Positions 16,263 to 25,998 of a stretch of DNA of 55,633 nt are shown in pieces; positions within the stretch are counted from its first letter, which is position 1; every line of letters starts with the position of its first letter. The notes under the pieces were generated by a model. The model was given only the letters and a program-made list of their open reading frames with translations, was not told the DNA's origin and did not search any database. The stretch comes from a virus (taxonomy: Duplodnaviria; Caudoviricetes): IMG/VR virus record IMGVR_UViG_3300032092_000037, positions 1 through 55,633 of that record; one strand, 5' to 3'. Both the position numbers and the translations under genes were made by a program.

Positions 16263-16805
16263 ATGCCGCTCTACAAAGCCTCAGCATCCGAACTGGCCGC
16301 CCTTGTCGCGGCCGACACCAACACGTCCGGCTTCATCAAGGATACCGAAGGCTGGCGCATCCTGGGCGCGTCCGGCGTCGCCGTCTCCCACACCGGCAAC
16401 ACCTCAGAAACCGCGCTTTCGACCACCGCCGTTGCCGCTGGCGCAATGGGCCCCAACGGCATCCTTCGTGTTCGCGCCCTGTTCAGCTATACCAACAGCG
16501 CGAACAACAAGAACCTGCGCATTCGCCTCGGCGGCGTCTCAGGCACCGAGTTCGCCAACATCACGGCCACCACGACCGTCCATCACGATATCATCCGCAC
16601 GATCCACAACCGCAACTCGGCCTCATCGCAGGTTGGCATACTTGCCACATCAACAAACCCCCTGACGGCATCCTCCGGTGCACTTATCGCCGGAACCATC
16701 AACACCGCCAACGCGCAGGATCTGGTGATTTCCGGCCAGCTCGCCAGTTCAGGCGAAACCGTCACCCTGGAAAGCTACATCGTTGAACTGAAGTACGGCG
16801 CCTAG
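16263..16805 (+). CDS. Putative virion protein
   Basis: Thr/Ser/Gly-rich beta-type 180-aa ORF. Confidence 0.65.
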   Translation: MPLYKASASELAALVAADTNTSGFIKDTEGWRILGASGVAVSHTGNTSETALSTTAVAAGAMGPNGILRVRALFSYTNSANNKNLRIRLGGVSGTEFANITATTTVHHDIIRTIHNRNSASSQVGILATSTNPLTASSGALIAGTINTANAQDLVISGQLASSGETVTLESYIVELKYGA

Positions 16806-16829
16806 CGCCTTTGAGTGGAGGACCAAGCC

Positions 16830-17318
16830 GTGACGACCAAACTTCGTTTTCGCCGCAATGACCCAGCCCTGAACAGGGTTGCGAACGTTTCCACGCGACT
16901 GGTTGCGGCCGGCGCAACCCTCACCATGGTGCAGGACACGCACGAGGCGAAGATCATCTGCCTCGACACCGCAGCCGGCAGCGTCGTCACGCTTCCCCCC
17001 TCCACCGGGGGCGGGGCCATCTATCGCTTTCTCGTCACCGTGACGGCGACCAGCAACAGCCACGTCATCAAGGTCGGCAACGCCACGGACGAGTTCCGCG
17101 GCTTTGTCGTGCAGGACAGCGACACGGCCACAGCCCCGAATATCTGGTGGGCGGCCGACAACGATGACACCATCACGCTCAACCGCACGACAACCGGCCT
17201 TGCGGCCCAGGGCGAGTATTTCGAGATTGTCGACGGCCTCGCCGGCCATTTCATGGTTCGCGGCTTCAGCCAGGCCTCCGGCACCGAGGCAACGCCCTTC
17301 AGCGCGACGGTTTCCTAA
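16830..17318 (+). CDS. Putative capsid decoration/fibre-like protein
   Basis: GGAGG SD; VVTLPPSTGGGAIYRFLV...DTITLNRTTTG...ATPFSA. Confidence 0.65.
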   Translation: MTTKLRFRRNDPALNRVANVSTRLVAAGATLTMVQDTHEAKIICLDTAAGSVVTLPPSTGGGAIYRFLVTVTATSNSHVIKVGNATDEFRGFVVQDSDTATAPNIWWAADNDDTITLNRTTTGLAAQGEYFEIVDGLAGHFMVRGFSQASGTEATPFSATVS

Positions 17319-17321
17319 CCC

Positions 17322-17696
17322 ATGGCCTATGTCCGGCCCATTGTTCGCGTTCGGGAGAACAACCGCCGCATCATTCGCGGCGGCGTCTGGGACTGCGAAC
17401 AGGGCCGGACGGTCTTCCAGGCGACATCGGACGAAGCCTTCAAGGTCAATGTGGACTTCACCGACATCCTGGCCGGTGGAAGCCTGACCGCGACCGTGGA
17501 ATCCGATGGCGCGACCGTGACATCCAGCGTATCCTCCGGCGTCGTGACCCTCACCATCTCCGCCGTATCCAGCAATGCCGACATCGATCTCAAGGCCACC
17601 TTCAGCGACGGCCGCATCCAGCAGGAATTCCTGCGGGTGAAGGACCCGTTTGTGGGTGTTCGCGACGATTACGGCCCAGCACTGGCCAACACATGA
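17322..17696 (+). CDS. Putative virion protein (Ig-like/adaptor)
   Basis: Beta-rich 124-aa ORF in the operon. Confidence 0.55.
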   Translation: MAYVRPIVRVRENNRRIIRGGVWDCEQGRTVFQATSDEAFKVNVDFTDILAGGSLTATVESDGATVTSSVSSGVVTLTISAVSSNADIDLKATFSDGRIQQEFLRVKDPFVGVRDDYGPALANT

Positions 17697-17968
17697 CCGA
17701 CTTCGCCAAGGAACTCGAAGGCAAGGCCTACCAGCTCTGCAACGGGATGATCGAGCTGGAGGAGTTCAAAAGTTGGTTCGCCATGGCCAAGGCCGCACTT
17801 GCCCCGGACGCGCCGGCAGCTTTCACGCTTACGCCGCATCAGGCTTACGGACACGTTAGCGCTGGCAAAAACCGTGAGTTCTCCGACTACTACCAGCGCC
17901 CCTACGAGCCGATGGACGCCGACATGGAAGCTCATCACCGCAAGCTCATGGGCGGGGGAGATCCGTGA
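17693..17968 (+). CDS. Hypothetical protein
   Basis: Coupled ORF. Confidence 0.55.
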   Translation: MTDFAKELEGKAYQLCNGMIELEEFKSWFAMAKAALAPDAPAAFTLTPHQAYGHVSAGKNREFSDYYQRPYEPMDADMEAHHRKLMGGGDP

Positions 17969-18168
17969 GCAGGCGCATCGTCCTGACAATCACCGATGAA
18001 CTCGCCGAACGCATCTCCCGCGTCGCCAGCCATTACGACAGGGACGCAAAGACCTACATAATCGAAGCAATCGACGACCAGACCGCCATGCTAGAAGAAT
18101 ACCACCATCAGGAAGCCTGCGAGCAGATACGCTATCTCGTGCAGGTCGAGCCTGCGGGAAGCGCGTAG
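17965..18168 (+). CDS. Ribbon-helix-helix-like protein
   Basis: RIVLTITDELAERISRVA...YIIEAI. Confidence 0.55.
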   Translation: MSRRIVLTITDELAERISRVASHYDRDAKTYIIEAIDDQTAMLEEYHHQEACEQIRYLVQVEPAGSA

Positions 18169-18282
18169 CAAAAATCTTGCGCGCCGCTGCCGGTAAAACG
18201 CCCGCAAAGGGCATGACCGCATCGCGCCCGACCCCAGAAATGCCAGTTCCATAGCTATAGCCACAAGCAAGAACTACATCGC

Positions 18283-18810
18283 ATGACCGAAAACGCGGAT
18301 GGCGAAGCCGTCAAAAACGGTCGGCCAACAATCTTCACGCCGGAACTGGCAGCAACCATCACAACTCGCCTCATGGCAGGCGAAAGCCTTCGCAGCATTT
18401 GCCGCGATCCCTCCATGCCAGCACGCTCAACGGTTCATCTCTGGATCGCAACGAATAGCAGTTTTTCGGACCAGTACGCACGGGCATGTGAAATCCGCGC
18501 TGAAGAGCTGTTCGATGAGATGTTCGACATCGCGGACAATGCGCAGAACGACTGGATGGCCAGACACGGCGAAGATGACGCTGGCTGGCAGGTAAACGGC
18601 GACAACATCCAGCGCGCACGCCTTCGCGTTGATACCCGCAAATGGGCGCTCGCCCGCATGAACTCAAAGAAGTTCGGGGACAAGGTCACCCAAGAGGTAG
18701 TCGGCAAAGATGGCGGCCCTATCGCGACCACGTCAATCGACCCCAAAAAGCTCAGCAAGGCGCAAATCGAAGCCCTTGCCACAATCCGCCTACCAGCCGA
18801 CAGCCGCTGA
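18283..18810 (+). CDS. terS: Terminase small subunit (Sf6 gp1-like)
   Basis: GRPTIFTPELA...GESLRSIC...MPARSTVHLW...RARLRVDTRKWALARMNSKKFGDK. Confidence 0.9.
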   Translation: MTENADGEAVKNGRPTIFTPELAATITTRLMAGESLRSICRDPSMPARSTVHLWIATNSSFSDQYARACEIRAEELFDEMFDIADNAQNDWMARHGEDDAGWQVNGDNIQRARLRVDTRKWALARMNSKKFGDKVTQEVVGKDGGPIATTSIDPKKLSKAQIEALATIRLPADSR

Positions 18811-20323
18811 CGTTCTCGCAGCCCGCCAGCATCTGGCGCGTGAGGACGTGAAATGGTTTGCCCGGATGGTGGACATTCCCACGGTCCCGGTTTCTGCGGC
18901 CGCTGAGGAAGACAGGTTCGAAACGCTGGCAATCGATGCGTTGGCGCTGCATCACGACATCCTGCTGGATCGGCTGCAGGACCTCGCTGACGGCAAAATA
19001 CGGAACCTGATGGTTCTGATGCCGCCAGGCTCGGCCAAATCGACTTACGTGGATGTGGTCTTTGTCCCGTGGTTCATGGCGCGGCAGGACCGCCGCAACG
19101 TGATCATGACGAGCTACGGCTCGGACCTTGCGAGGAAGCAGGGCAGGCGAGCGCGGCAGCTTGTTCGGTCCAGAAGCTTTGGCCACCTGTTTCCAGGCGT
19201 GACCATCTCGGCGGATTCGAGCGCGGCTGACGAGTGGAGCCTGACCAACGGCTCGGAATACATGGCAGGCGGCATCCTGTCAGGTGTGACCGGAAACCGT
19301 GCTGACCTGCTGGTTGTGGACGACCCGGTCAAGGGACGCGAGGAAGCTGAGAGCGAGACAATCCGCAAGAAGACGCGGGATGCTTATATCGACGACCTGC
19401 AGACCCGCCTGAAGCCGGGCGGCCGAACAGTGGTCATCCAGACGAGGTGGCACGCCGACGACCTGGCCGGCGGCATCCTGCCTGAGAACTGGAGCGGCGA
19501 AAGCGGCATGATCCGCTGCCGTGACGGGCAGGACTGGTACGTGCTGGCGATTGCGGCGAAGGCGACGAAGAACAACGATCCGCTGGGCCGCAAGGTTGGT
19601 GAATATCTCTGGCCGGAGTGGTTCGGGCCGGATCATTGGGCAAAATTCGAGGCAAACCCACGCACGTGGTCGAGCCTGTTTCAACAGGTTCCCTCGCCTG
19701 AGGAAGGCACATTCTTCCAGCGCGCATGGTTCAAGCGCCATGCCCGCAGGCCTGATGTGGTGAATACCTACATCACGAGCGACTATGCCGTGACGGAAGG
19801 CGATGGGGACTACACCGAACATGGCGTCTGGGGTCTGGACCCGGACAACCGGCTTTTCATGCTGGACTGGTGGCATGGCCAGACAAGCTCGGACGTGTGG
19901 ATCGAGCGCCTGTTGGACCTGATCGAGCGCTGGAAGCCGCTGTGCTGCTTTGGCGAAAAAGGCGTGATCGAGAAGGCGGTTCGCCCGCAGCTTGATCGCA
20001 GGATGATGGAACGTCGCGTCTATGCCCGCATGGAATGGCTGCCCAGCATTGCGGACAAGCCGACGCGGGCGCGTGCATTCCAGAGCCGCGCTGCAATGGG
20101 ACTTGTGAGCCTGCCCGAGACCGAGGACGGAGAGCGCGTGCTGTCGCAACTGCTGACATTCCCCGCAGGCAAGCATGATGACGCTGTCGATGTGTGCTCG
20201 CTGATGGGCGCTGCGATCGACCAGGCGCATTCCGGCATTGCCATGCCCGCGAACCAGCGCGTAGCGGCGCGTAGCGGCTACGCCCCCGTCCGTGAAAGCG
20301 GAGGCGCTTCGTGGAGGACATGA
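18710..20323 (+). CDS. terL: Terminase large subunit (true start may be downstream)
   Basis: Walker A MPPGSAKS, Walker B LLVVDDP, IQTRW coupling motif, nuclease SDYA and HDDAVD. Confidence 0.95.
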   Translation: MAALSRPRQSTPKSSARRKSKPLPQSAYQPTAADVLAARQHLAREDVKWFARMVDIPTVPVSAAAEEDRFETLAIDALALHHDILLDRLQDLADGKIRNLMVLMPPGSAKSTYVDVVFVPWFMARQDRRNVIMTSYGSDLARKQGRRARQLVRSRSFGHLFPGVTISADSSAADEWSLTNGSEYMAGGILSGVTGNRADLLVVDDPVKGREEAESETIRKKTRDAYIDDLQTRLKPGGRTVVIQTRWHADDLAGGILPENWSGESGMIRCRDGQDWYVLAIAAKATKNNDPLGRKVGEYLWPEWFGPDHWAKFEANPRTWSSLFQQVPSPEEGTFFQRAWFKRHARRPDVVNTYITSDYAVTEGDGDYTEHGVWGLDPDNRLFMLDWWHGQTSSDVWIERLLDLIERWKPLCCFGEKGVIEKAVRPQLDRRMMERRVYARMEWLPSIADKPTRARAFQSRAAMGLVSLPETEDGERVLSQLLTFPAGKHDDAVDVCSLMGAAIDQAHSGIAMPANQRVAARSGYAPVRESGGASWRT

Positions 20324-22494
20324 AGCCGGAAGCCGCTCAGGGCGCAGAGTTCAAGGGCAAGGGAATCGAGGCCTACAAGCGCATGTTCGCGCGGGCCGAG
20401 GAAGCCTGCACCGAAGCCCGCAAGCTGGCGCACCGTGACCGCGACTGGCACGACAACTTCGACGACAGCCAGTGGAGCGACGAAGAGAAGAAAACCCTGC
20501 TGGAGCGCCGGCAGCCAATCGTCACGTCCAACCGGATCAAGCGCAAGATCGGCTTCCTTTGCGGACTGGAGCAGAAGCAGCGGACTGACCCCAAGGCCTA
20601 TCCGCGCAATCCGCAGGACGCCGACACGGCGGCCATCGTCACCGACGTGCTGGACTACATCGAGCAGGAGACCCGGTTCGACAACCTTGCCTCGCAGGCG
20701 TTCCGCGACCTGAACATCGAGGGCATCGAGGCGGTCGAGGTGATCGTCGAGAATGGCGACGAGATTGTCGTCAATCACCTGATGTACGATGGGTTTTTCT
20801 ACGATCCGCGCTCGAAGAAGCGGGACTTCTCGGACGCGCGCTATCTCGGCTATCAGGACTGGTTTGACGAGGACGAAGCCTTCGACCTGTTCCGCCAGAA
20901 GGCGGACGACCCGAAGGAACAGGAAAAGCTCGATGCGGAACTGAGGTCCAAGCTTCAGAGCAGCTACGAGGAAGGGGCGCAGGACGAGGGCTACGAGGAC
21001 AAGCCCTACAACATGTGGGGCGATGAGGATCGCAACCGGGTCCGCATCGCGTGCATGTACTGGCGCGGCCAGGGTAAGGTCTGGAACTACGTCTACTTCA
21101 CGGGTGGCGGCGTCCTGAAGGAGGATGTCAGCCCGTATCACGACGATAATGGCAAGCCGGATTGCGCCATCATCGCCGCCTCGGCTTACATGACGCGGAA
21201 GAACGAGCGTTATGGCTCGGTGCGGGACATGATCAGCCCGCAGTCGGAGATGAACTTCCGCCGCTCGCAGGCGCTGTTCCTGATCAAGCAGCGCAGGACG
21301 TGGGCAAGGGCCAAGGGTATCCTGCCGGCCAATGCGAGCGAAATCCTGGCGTCTGCGGATGCGCAACTGATTGCGCAGGGCGTGCTTGGGCAGGACTGGG
21401 GCTTCATCGAGAGCGCGCAGGAAGTCGCGCAGAACTTCGAACTGCTTCAGGAAGCCAAGGGCGAGATCGACACGCAGGGTCCGAACGCGGGCCTTCAGGG
21501 GCGCGGGACGGAGGATCAGTCAGGCCGCGCCATCATTGCCCAGCAGCAGGCTGGCATGGCCGAAGAGAACGACCTCTTCGACACGCACAACGATTTCAAG
21601 CTGCGGGTCTACCGGGCCATGTGGTTCCGGGCGAAGCAGTTCTGGACCGAGCCAAAATACATCCGCATTACGGACAAGCCCGATGCGTTCCGGTTCATTC
21701 ACCTGAACCAGCAGCAGCCTGTTATGGACCCGATGACGGGCCAGCCGCAGATGGGGCCGGACGGCCAGCCGGTCATGCAGATGGTTCCCGGCACCGAACT
21801 GGCGAAAATGGATGCCGACATCACGCTGCACGCGGCGCCGGAATCGCTGACATTGCAGCACGAGGAGTTCGTCCAGCTTGCCGACATGGCGAAGTCTGGC
21901 GTTCCGATCCCGCCCGACGTGCTGCTGGAAGCCTCGCAGATCCGGGACAAGGAAAAGCTCGCCAAGCGGATACAGGAAGAGGGCGGGGCGCAGGCCAAGC
22001 TTCAGCAGGCCGCGCAGCAGATCGAGGAAATGCAGAAGGTCATCGAGGAGATGCAGTCCCGGCTTCAGGACGCCTCCCAGAGCACTGAGGGCATGAAAGC
22101 GCTGGCCGAGGCGGAGAAGTCCAAGGACGAACTGCGCAAGCGCGAACTGGACAACCAGCAGTATGCGATGGACTTCGAGCTGAAGTCGCAGGCCAACGAC
22201 CTGAAGGCGCGTGAACTGGAGATCAAGGAGCAGGAGCTTGCCGCAGCCCAGCGCGAGACGATGCGCGTGGCTGAGGAAGACGGCAAGGCCCGCGCTGCGG
22301 ACAGCATGAGGCTGGACCAGGCATTTGCCGGCCTTGCGCAGACGCTTCAGCAGATCGCCGCGACGCAGCAGCAGACAGCGGCCCTGATCCTTGAGCAGGG
22401 CGACATGGAATCGGAAGCGGTGATTGACCGCGATCCTGTCACCAACCGCATGATCACGGCGCGTGTCGTCAAGAAGAGACGGGGAGCCGCTTAA
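20311..22494 (+). CDS. Portal protein, P22-like with long C-terminal barrel
   Basis: Follows terL; SQWSDEE...NRIKRKI...DPRSKKRDFSDARY...SGRAI; Gln-rich coiled-coil tail. Confidence 0.9.
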   Translation: MEDMKPEAAQGAEFKGKGIEAYKRMFARAEEACTEARKLAHRDRDWHDNFDDSQWSDEEKKTLLERRQPIVTSNRIKRKIGFLCGLEQKQRTDPKAYPRNPQDADTAAIVTDVLDYIEQETRFDNLASQAFRDLNIEGIEAVEVIVENGDEIVVNHLMYDGFFYDPRSKKRDFSDARYLGYQDWFDEDEAFDLFRQKADDPKEQEKLDAELRSKLQSSYEEGAQDEGYEDKPYNMWGDEDRNRVRIACMYWRGQGKVWNYVYFTGGGVLKEDVSPYHDDNGKPDCAIIAASAYMTRKNERYGSVRDMISPQSEMNFRRSQALFLIKQRRTWARAKGILPANASEILASADAQLIAQGVLGQDWGFIESAQEVAQNFELLQEAKGEIDTQGPNAGLQGRGTEDQSGRAIIAQQQAGMAEENDLFDTHNDFKLRVYRAMWFRAKQFWTEPKYIRITDKPDAFRFIHLNQQQPVMDPMTGQPQMGPDGQPVMQMVPGTELAKMDADITLHAAPESLTLQHEEFVQLADMAKSGVPIPPDVLLEASQIRDKEKLAKRIQEEGGAQAKLQQAAQQIEEMQKVIEEMQSRLQDASQSTEGMKALAEAEKSKDELRKRELDNQQYAMDFELKSQANDLKARELEIKEQELAAAQRETMRVAEEDGKARAADSMRLDQAFAGLAQTLQQIAATQQQTAALILEQGDMESEAVIDRDPVTNRMITARVVKKRRGAA

Positions 22495-22901
22495 TGGCCG
22501 TCAAACTCTCAGTAGCTGTTCGGAACGCGCGCCTTGACGCCATCGAGACGGCAATCGGCACGAGCGCTGTGCTCAAGATCAGGACAGGCGCGCCGCCGAC
22601 GAACATTGTGGATGCGGACAGCGGCACGGTTCTGGCGACGGTGAACCTTCCGTCCGACTGGATGGCTGCAGCGTCGAGCGGATCAAAGGCCAAGTCTGGA
22701 ACGTGGGAAGACACATCGGCCGACAATACCGGCACGGCCGCGCATTTTCGCGTCTATGCCTCTGACGGCACGACGCAGCACATCCAGGGCACGGTGACGG
22801 CCACGGGTGGTGGTGGCGACATGACTGTGGACAACACCAGCTTTACCTCTGGCCAGGCCTTCAGTGTGACGACGTTCACGCTGACAGACGGAAATGCCTA
22901 G
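22494..22901 (+). CDS. Virion structural protein
   Basis: RNARLDAI...LKIRTGAPP...ADNTGTAAHFR...QGTVTATGGGGD; Thr/Ser-rich. Confidence 0.7.
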   Translation: MAVKLSVAVRNARLDAIETAIGTSAVLKIRTGAPPTNIVDADSGTVLATVNLPSDWMAAASSGSKAKSGTWEDTSADNTGTAAHFRVYASDGTTQHIQGTVTATGGGGDMTVDNTSFTSGQAFSVTTFTLTDGNA

Positions 22902-23449
22902 TGTCGATCGTCCACGTAAAATCCAACACGATCCCGGACTGGACTGGGTACGTAAAAAGCTTGCTTAGTTACGACCCGGCGACTGGCGAAATGCGCTGGC
23001 TGGTGAAGCGAACCCGTAACAGCAAAGCCAATGTGGGGGATTTGGCCGGAGGAGTGGATGAAAGCGGCTACATCAGAATAATGATCGACGGAAAGAAGCA
23101 CAGAGCCCACCGGCTAGCGTTCATTTTCATGGGCGAGACCCCTCCGGAGATTGTAGACCACATAAACGGAGACAGGTCAGACAACAGGTGGGTAAATCTC
23201 CGGCGCGCTGACCCGTCGATCAACGCTAAAAACGCAAGTAAGCGTGTTGACGGAAAAACCATTATCACTGGCGTCGGGTATGTGCCGCGTCTTGGAAAAT
23301 GGAGGGTCCGCATCAACCACAATGGGAAGTCAATCTATCTTGGGGTTTTTGAAAGCGCGGCCCAAGCGATAGCTGTCAGAGAAAGCGCAAACGCCAACCT
23401 GGGTTTTCATGAAAATCATGGGAGGCCCGGGTGTCAATCATCCATGTAA
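22901..23449 (+). CDS. HNH homing endonuclease with AP2-like domain
   Basis: LSYDPATG, AHRLAF, VDHINGDRSDNRWVNLR, KWRVRI...IYLGVF; lower GC; first 16 codons duplicate the next gene. Confidence 0.9.
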   Translation: MSIVHVKSNTIPDWTGYVKSLLSYDPATGEMRWLVKRTRNSKANVGDLAGGVDESGYIRIMIDGKKHRAHRLAFIFMGETPPEIVDHINGDRSDNRWVNLRRADPSINAKNASKRVDGKTIITGVGYVPRLGKWRVRINHNGKSIYLGVFESAAQAIAVRESANANLGFHENHGRPGCQSSM

Positions 23450-24513
23450 AATCGAATACGATTCCGAGCTGGACTGGAACTGTCACAGTTGGAAATTCGA
23501 CTGGCGGGACGCAGACTGCGGCTGCAACTGACCTCGTCCTTCCATCGGACTGGAACAGCGCGCATAACCAGTTCTACACGCTGACGGGGAACACCAACGG
23601 CGCCTCGACGGCGAGTGGGACCAACGTCGTCCTGTCGGGCGGCAACAACGTCACGCTGGTTGGCGGCGGGGCCACGGTTGGGTTCAGCGTCGGCAACTAC
23701 ATCACGACCGGGGCGCTGTCGGACCACAGCCACGGCAACCCGACGCTGGCCCTGACCAACCTGTCGGGCACAACGGCCAGCAACTCGGCGGGGCTGACGC
23801 TGTCCCTGTCGGCTGCGGCGCCGGGCGGGGCAGGCACGATAGCAGGATGGGAGCCTTTTCAGGTCGGGAACAACTCGACGTTTTCGAGCCAGGGCCAGAA
23901 CTCGCTTTACTTGCAGAAGGTTCGGCCAGACGTAAATTTCAGCTTCAACAATATCGAGTTCCGGTTTTCCGGCTCGTTCGTGTCGTCTTCCAACTCGCAG
24001 GTTGGCGTTCACACGATCCGTTACGGGCTCTATTCGCTCGAAACGAATGAGTCCTACAACTCGATTGCAACATCGAGCATCATCATCAGCGCCAGTTTCA
24101 ACTCGAACACGGCGATGGGCTACACGATCTCGCAGGGCGCGGGCAGCTACACGACGACGAGCGGCGGTACGGTCATTGCCTCGCTGATGACGGGCCTCAA
24201 GCATCTCTATCTGCCGTTCACCAACACGCTAACCGCTGGCGGCGAATATGCGGTGGGGCTGCTTGTGTCATCGGCCACAACGGTCAACACAGGCGCGCAC
24301 CGCATGGCGTTCCTCAACCAGACCGTCATCAACAACCTGACGGTTGGAAAGGTCTATGCCACGACGATGATTGCCAGTAACTCGACGCATGTGGGCGACT
24401 ATGCGCAAGGCGTTTACAATACGACGACTGGCGCCATGCCTGCGGCGGTGGCCAAAAGCCAGATGACCAACGCCGTCTCGCAGGCGTTGCTCTATCACCA
24501 GTTCGAGGTCTGA
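23431..24513 (+). CDS. Ser/Thr/Asn-rich virion fibre or decoration protein
   Basis: GGGAGG SD; LVLPSDWNSAH motif; beta-rich. Confidence 0.7.
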   Translation: MSIIHVKSNTIPSWTGTVTVGNSTGGTQTAAATDLVLPSDWNSAHNQFYTLTGNTNGASTASGTNVVLSGGNNVTLVGGGATVGFSVGNYITTGALSDHSHGNPTLALTNLSGTTASNSAGLTLSLSAAAPGGAGTIAGWEPFQVGNNSTFSSQGQNSLYLQKVRPDVNFSFNNIEFRFSGSFVSSSNSQVGVHTIRYGLYSLETNESYNSIATSSIIISASFNSNTAMGYTISQGAGSYTTTSGGTVIASLMTGLKHLYLPFTNTLTAGGEYAVGLLVSSATTVNTGAHRMAFLNQTVINNLTVGKVYATTMIASNSTHVGDYAQGVYNTTTGAMPAAVAKSQMTNAVSQALLYHQFEV

Positions 24514-24514
24514 C

Positions 24515-25240
24515 TTGAGTTCACCGGCCCAGATCATCACCGGCGACTTCGCAGGCCATCACAATACCAACCTTGGGCTATCGACACAGCGCATCATCGA
24601 AGGCGCGACATGGAAACGGCAGCGCGTCATCGTGATGCTGCCCAGCGCGCCACTGATCCCGGCCAAGGTCGCGCTTTCGCACTGGAGCCTGATCTTCCCG
24701 CCCAACCAGGCGGTTCACCGGATGCTCTGCCTCGGCATGGAGGTGGGCGATGCCTATTCGCAGGCCATCTCGGAAGTGCTGGCGCACCCAGAGCTTTCGC
24801 AGTGGGAATACATCCTCACAATCGAGCATGACAACACGCCCCCGGCTGACGGGCTGATCAAGCTCATCGCGCAGATGGAGGCGCATCCGGAATATGCCTG
24901 CATCGGCGGGCTTTACTGGACCAAGGGAGCTGAAACCAGCGTTCCCCAAATTTGGGGAGATCCAAATGATCCAATTCTCAACTTCAGGCCGCAGCCTCCT
25001 GTTGTCGGTCAGTTAGTAGAATGCTGCGGAACCGGCATGGGTTTTAACCTGTGGCGTCTGTCGATGTTCCGGGATGAAAAGTTGCGCCGCCCGTGGTTCA
25101 AAACCGTCTCCGGATTGGACGGGGTTGGCACCCAGGATTTATATTTTTGGGGAGACGCGCGTAAACATGGCTACCGATGCGCGGTAGATTGTAGTGTTCT
25201 TGTCGGGCATTACGATCACGCCAGCGGGATCACGTGGTAA
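24515..25240 (+). CDS. GT-A fold (GT2-like) glycosyltransferase
   Basis: YILTIEHD, GTGMGFNL, PWF, TQDLYF, GYRCAVDCSVLVGH. Confidence 0.75.
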   Translation: MSSPAQIITGDFAGHHNTNLGLSTQRIIEGATWKRQRVIVMLPSAPLIPAKVALSHWSLIFPPNQAVHRMLCLGMEVGDAYSQAISEVLAHPELSQWEYILTIEHDNTPPADGLIKLIAQMEAHPEYACIGGLYWTKGAETSVPQIWGDPNDPILNFRPQPPVVGQLVECCGTGMGFNLWRLSMFRDEKLRRPWFKTVSGLDGVGTQDLYFWGDARKHGYRCAVDCSVLVGHYDHASGITW

Positions 25241-25998
25241 TGGGCTGCGTCTACAAACTGACATCTCCGAGTGGAAAATCCTACGTGGGGATGACGTCCC
25301 TGACTTTGGATCGTCGGTGGGCCAAGCACGTCGAGCACGCGCTAGGCAGGCGCCAGAACGGTTACATTTACACAGCGCTGCGGAAGTATGGGCCTGACCG
25401 GTTTGTGCGGGAAATTCTTCTGGAGAGCGACGACAGAGCCGAGTTGGCCAAGCTGGAAATGAAGATGATTGCCGAGCACGGCACCTTGTGGCCAGTGGGT
25501 TACAACCTGACGACAGGAGGCGAATATCCTGCCAACCGCGTCTACAGTGAGCGCGCTAGGCGCAATATCAGCGAGGCGCAAAAGCGCAGGTTTTCTGACC
25601 CAGATCAGCGAGAGAAGAACAAGGCAAACCTTCGAAAGGGGACCAAGGTTCGACAACAAAAGTGGGCAGAAATTCGCAAAGCAAAAAAGGCGGAAAAGGC
25701 TGCTTGGCTGGCTAGCGATGAGCGCAAGGATGTTCAGTCAAAAGCCATCAAGGCTGCGCTGGCGCGCCCTGAAGTTCGTGAAAAAGTTCAGCGTGAAGCG
25801 AGAAAAAGGGCGGCAAGTCCAGAGTGGCGCCAGCGCATATCAGATTCAAAGCGCGGTAAGAAACTTCCGGCTCAGACGTCTGAGCATAAGCAACGGATCG
25901 CAGAGGCGCGGCGGAAAGAGTGGGCTGATCCCGTCATAAGAGAACGTCGCCTGCTTGCTTTGGAAATCGCACGCAAAGCAAAGGCGGCTAAAGGGTGA
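25240..25998 (+). CDS. GIY-YIG homing endonuclease with NUMOD3-like repeats
   Basis: GCVYKL...SYVGMT...RW..H, GYNLTTGG, repeats SERARRNISEA / SPEWRQRISDSKRGKK / SEHKQRIAEA; TAATG coupling. Confidence 0.9.
   Translation: MGCVYKLTSPSGKSYVGMTSLTLDRRWAKHVEHALGRRQNGYIYTALRKYGPDRFVREILLESDDRAELAKLEMKMIAEHGTLWPVGYNLTTGGEYPANRVYSERARRNISEAQKRRFSDPDQREKNKANLRKGTKVRQQKWAEIRKAKKAEKAAWLASDERKDVQSKAIKAALARPEVREKVQREARKRAASPEWRQRISDSKRGKKLPAQTSEHKQRIAEARRKEWADPVIRERRLLALEIARKAKAAKG

Noticed and set aside
22901-23449. Group I intron or intein around the HNH
   Set aside because: There is no flanking non-coding ribozyme sequence or intein motif, and the downstream gene has its own SD and start.
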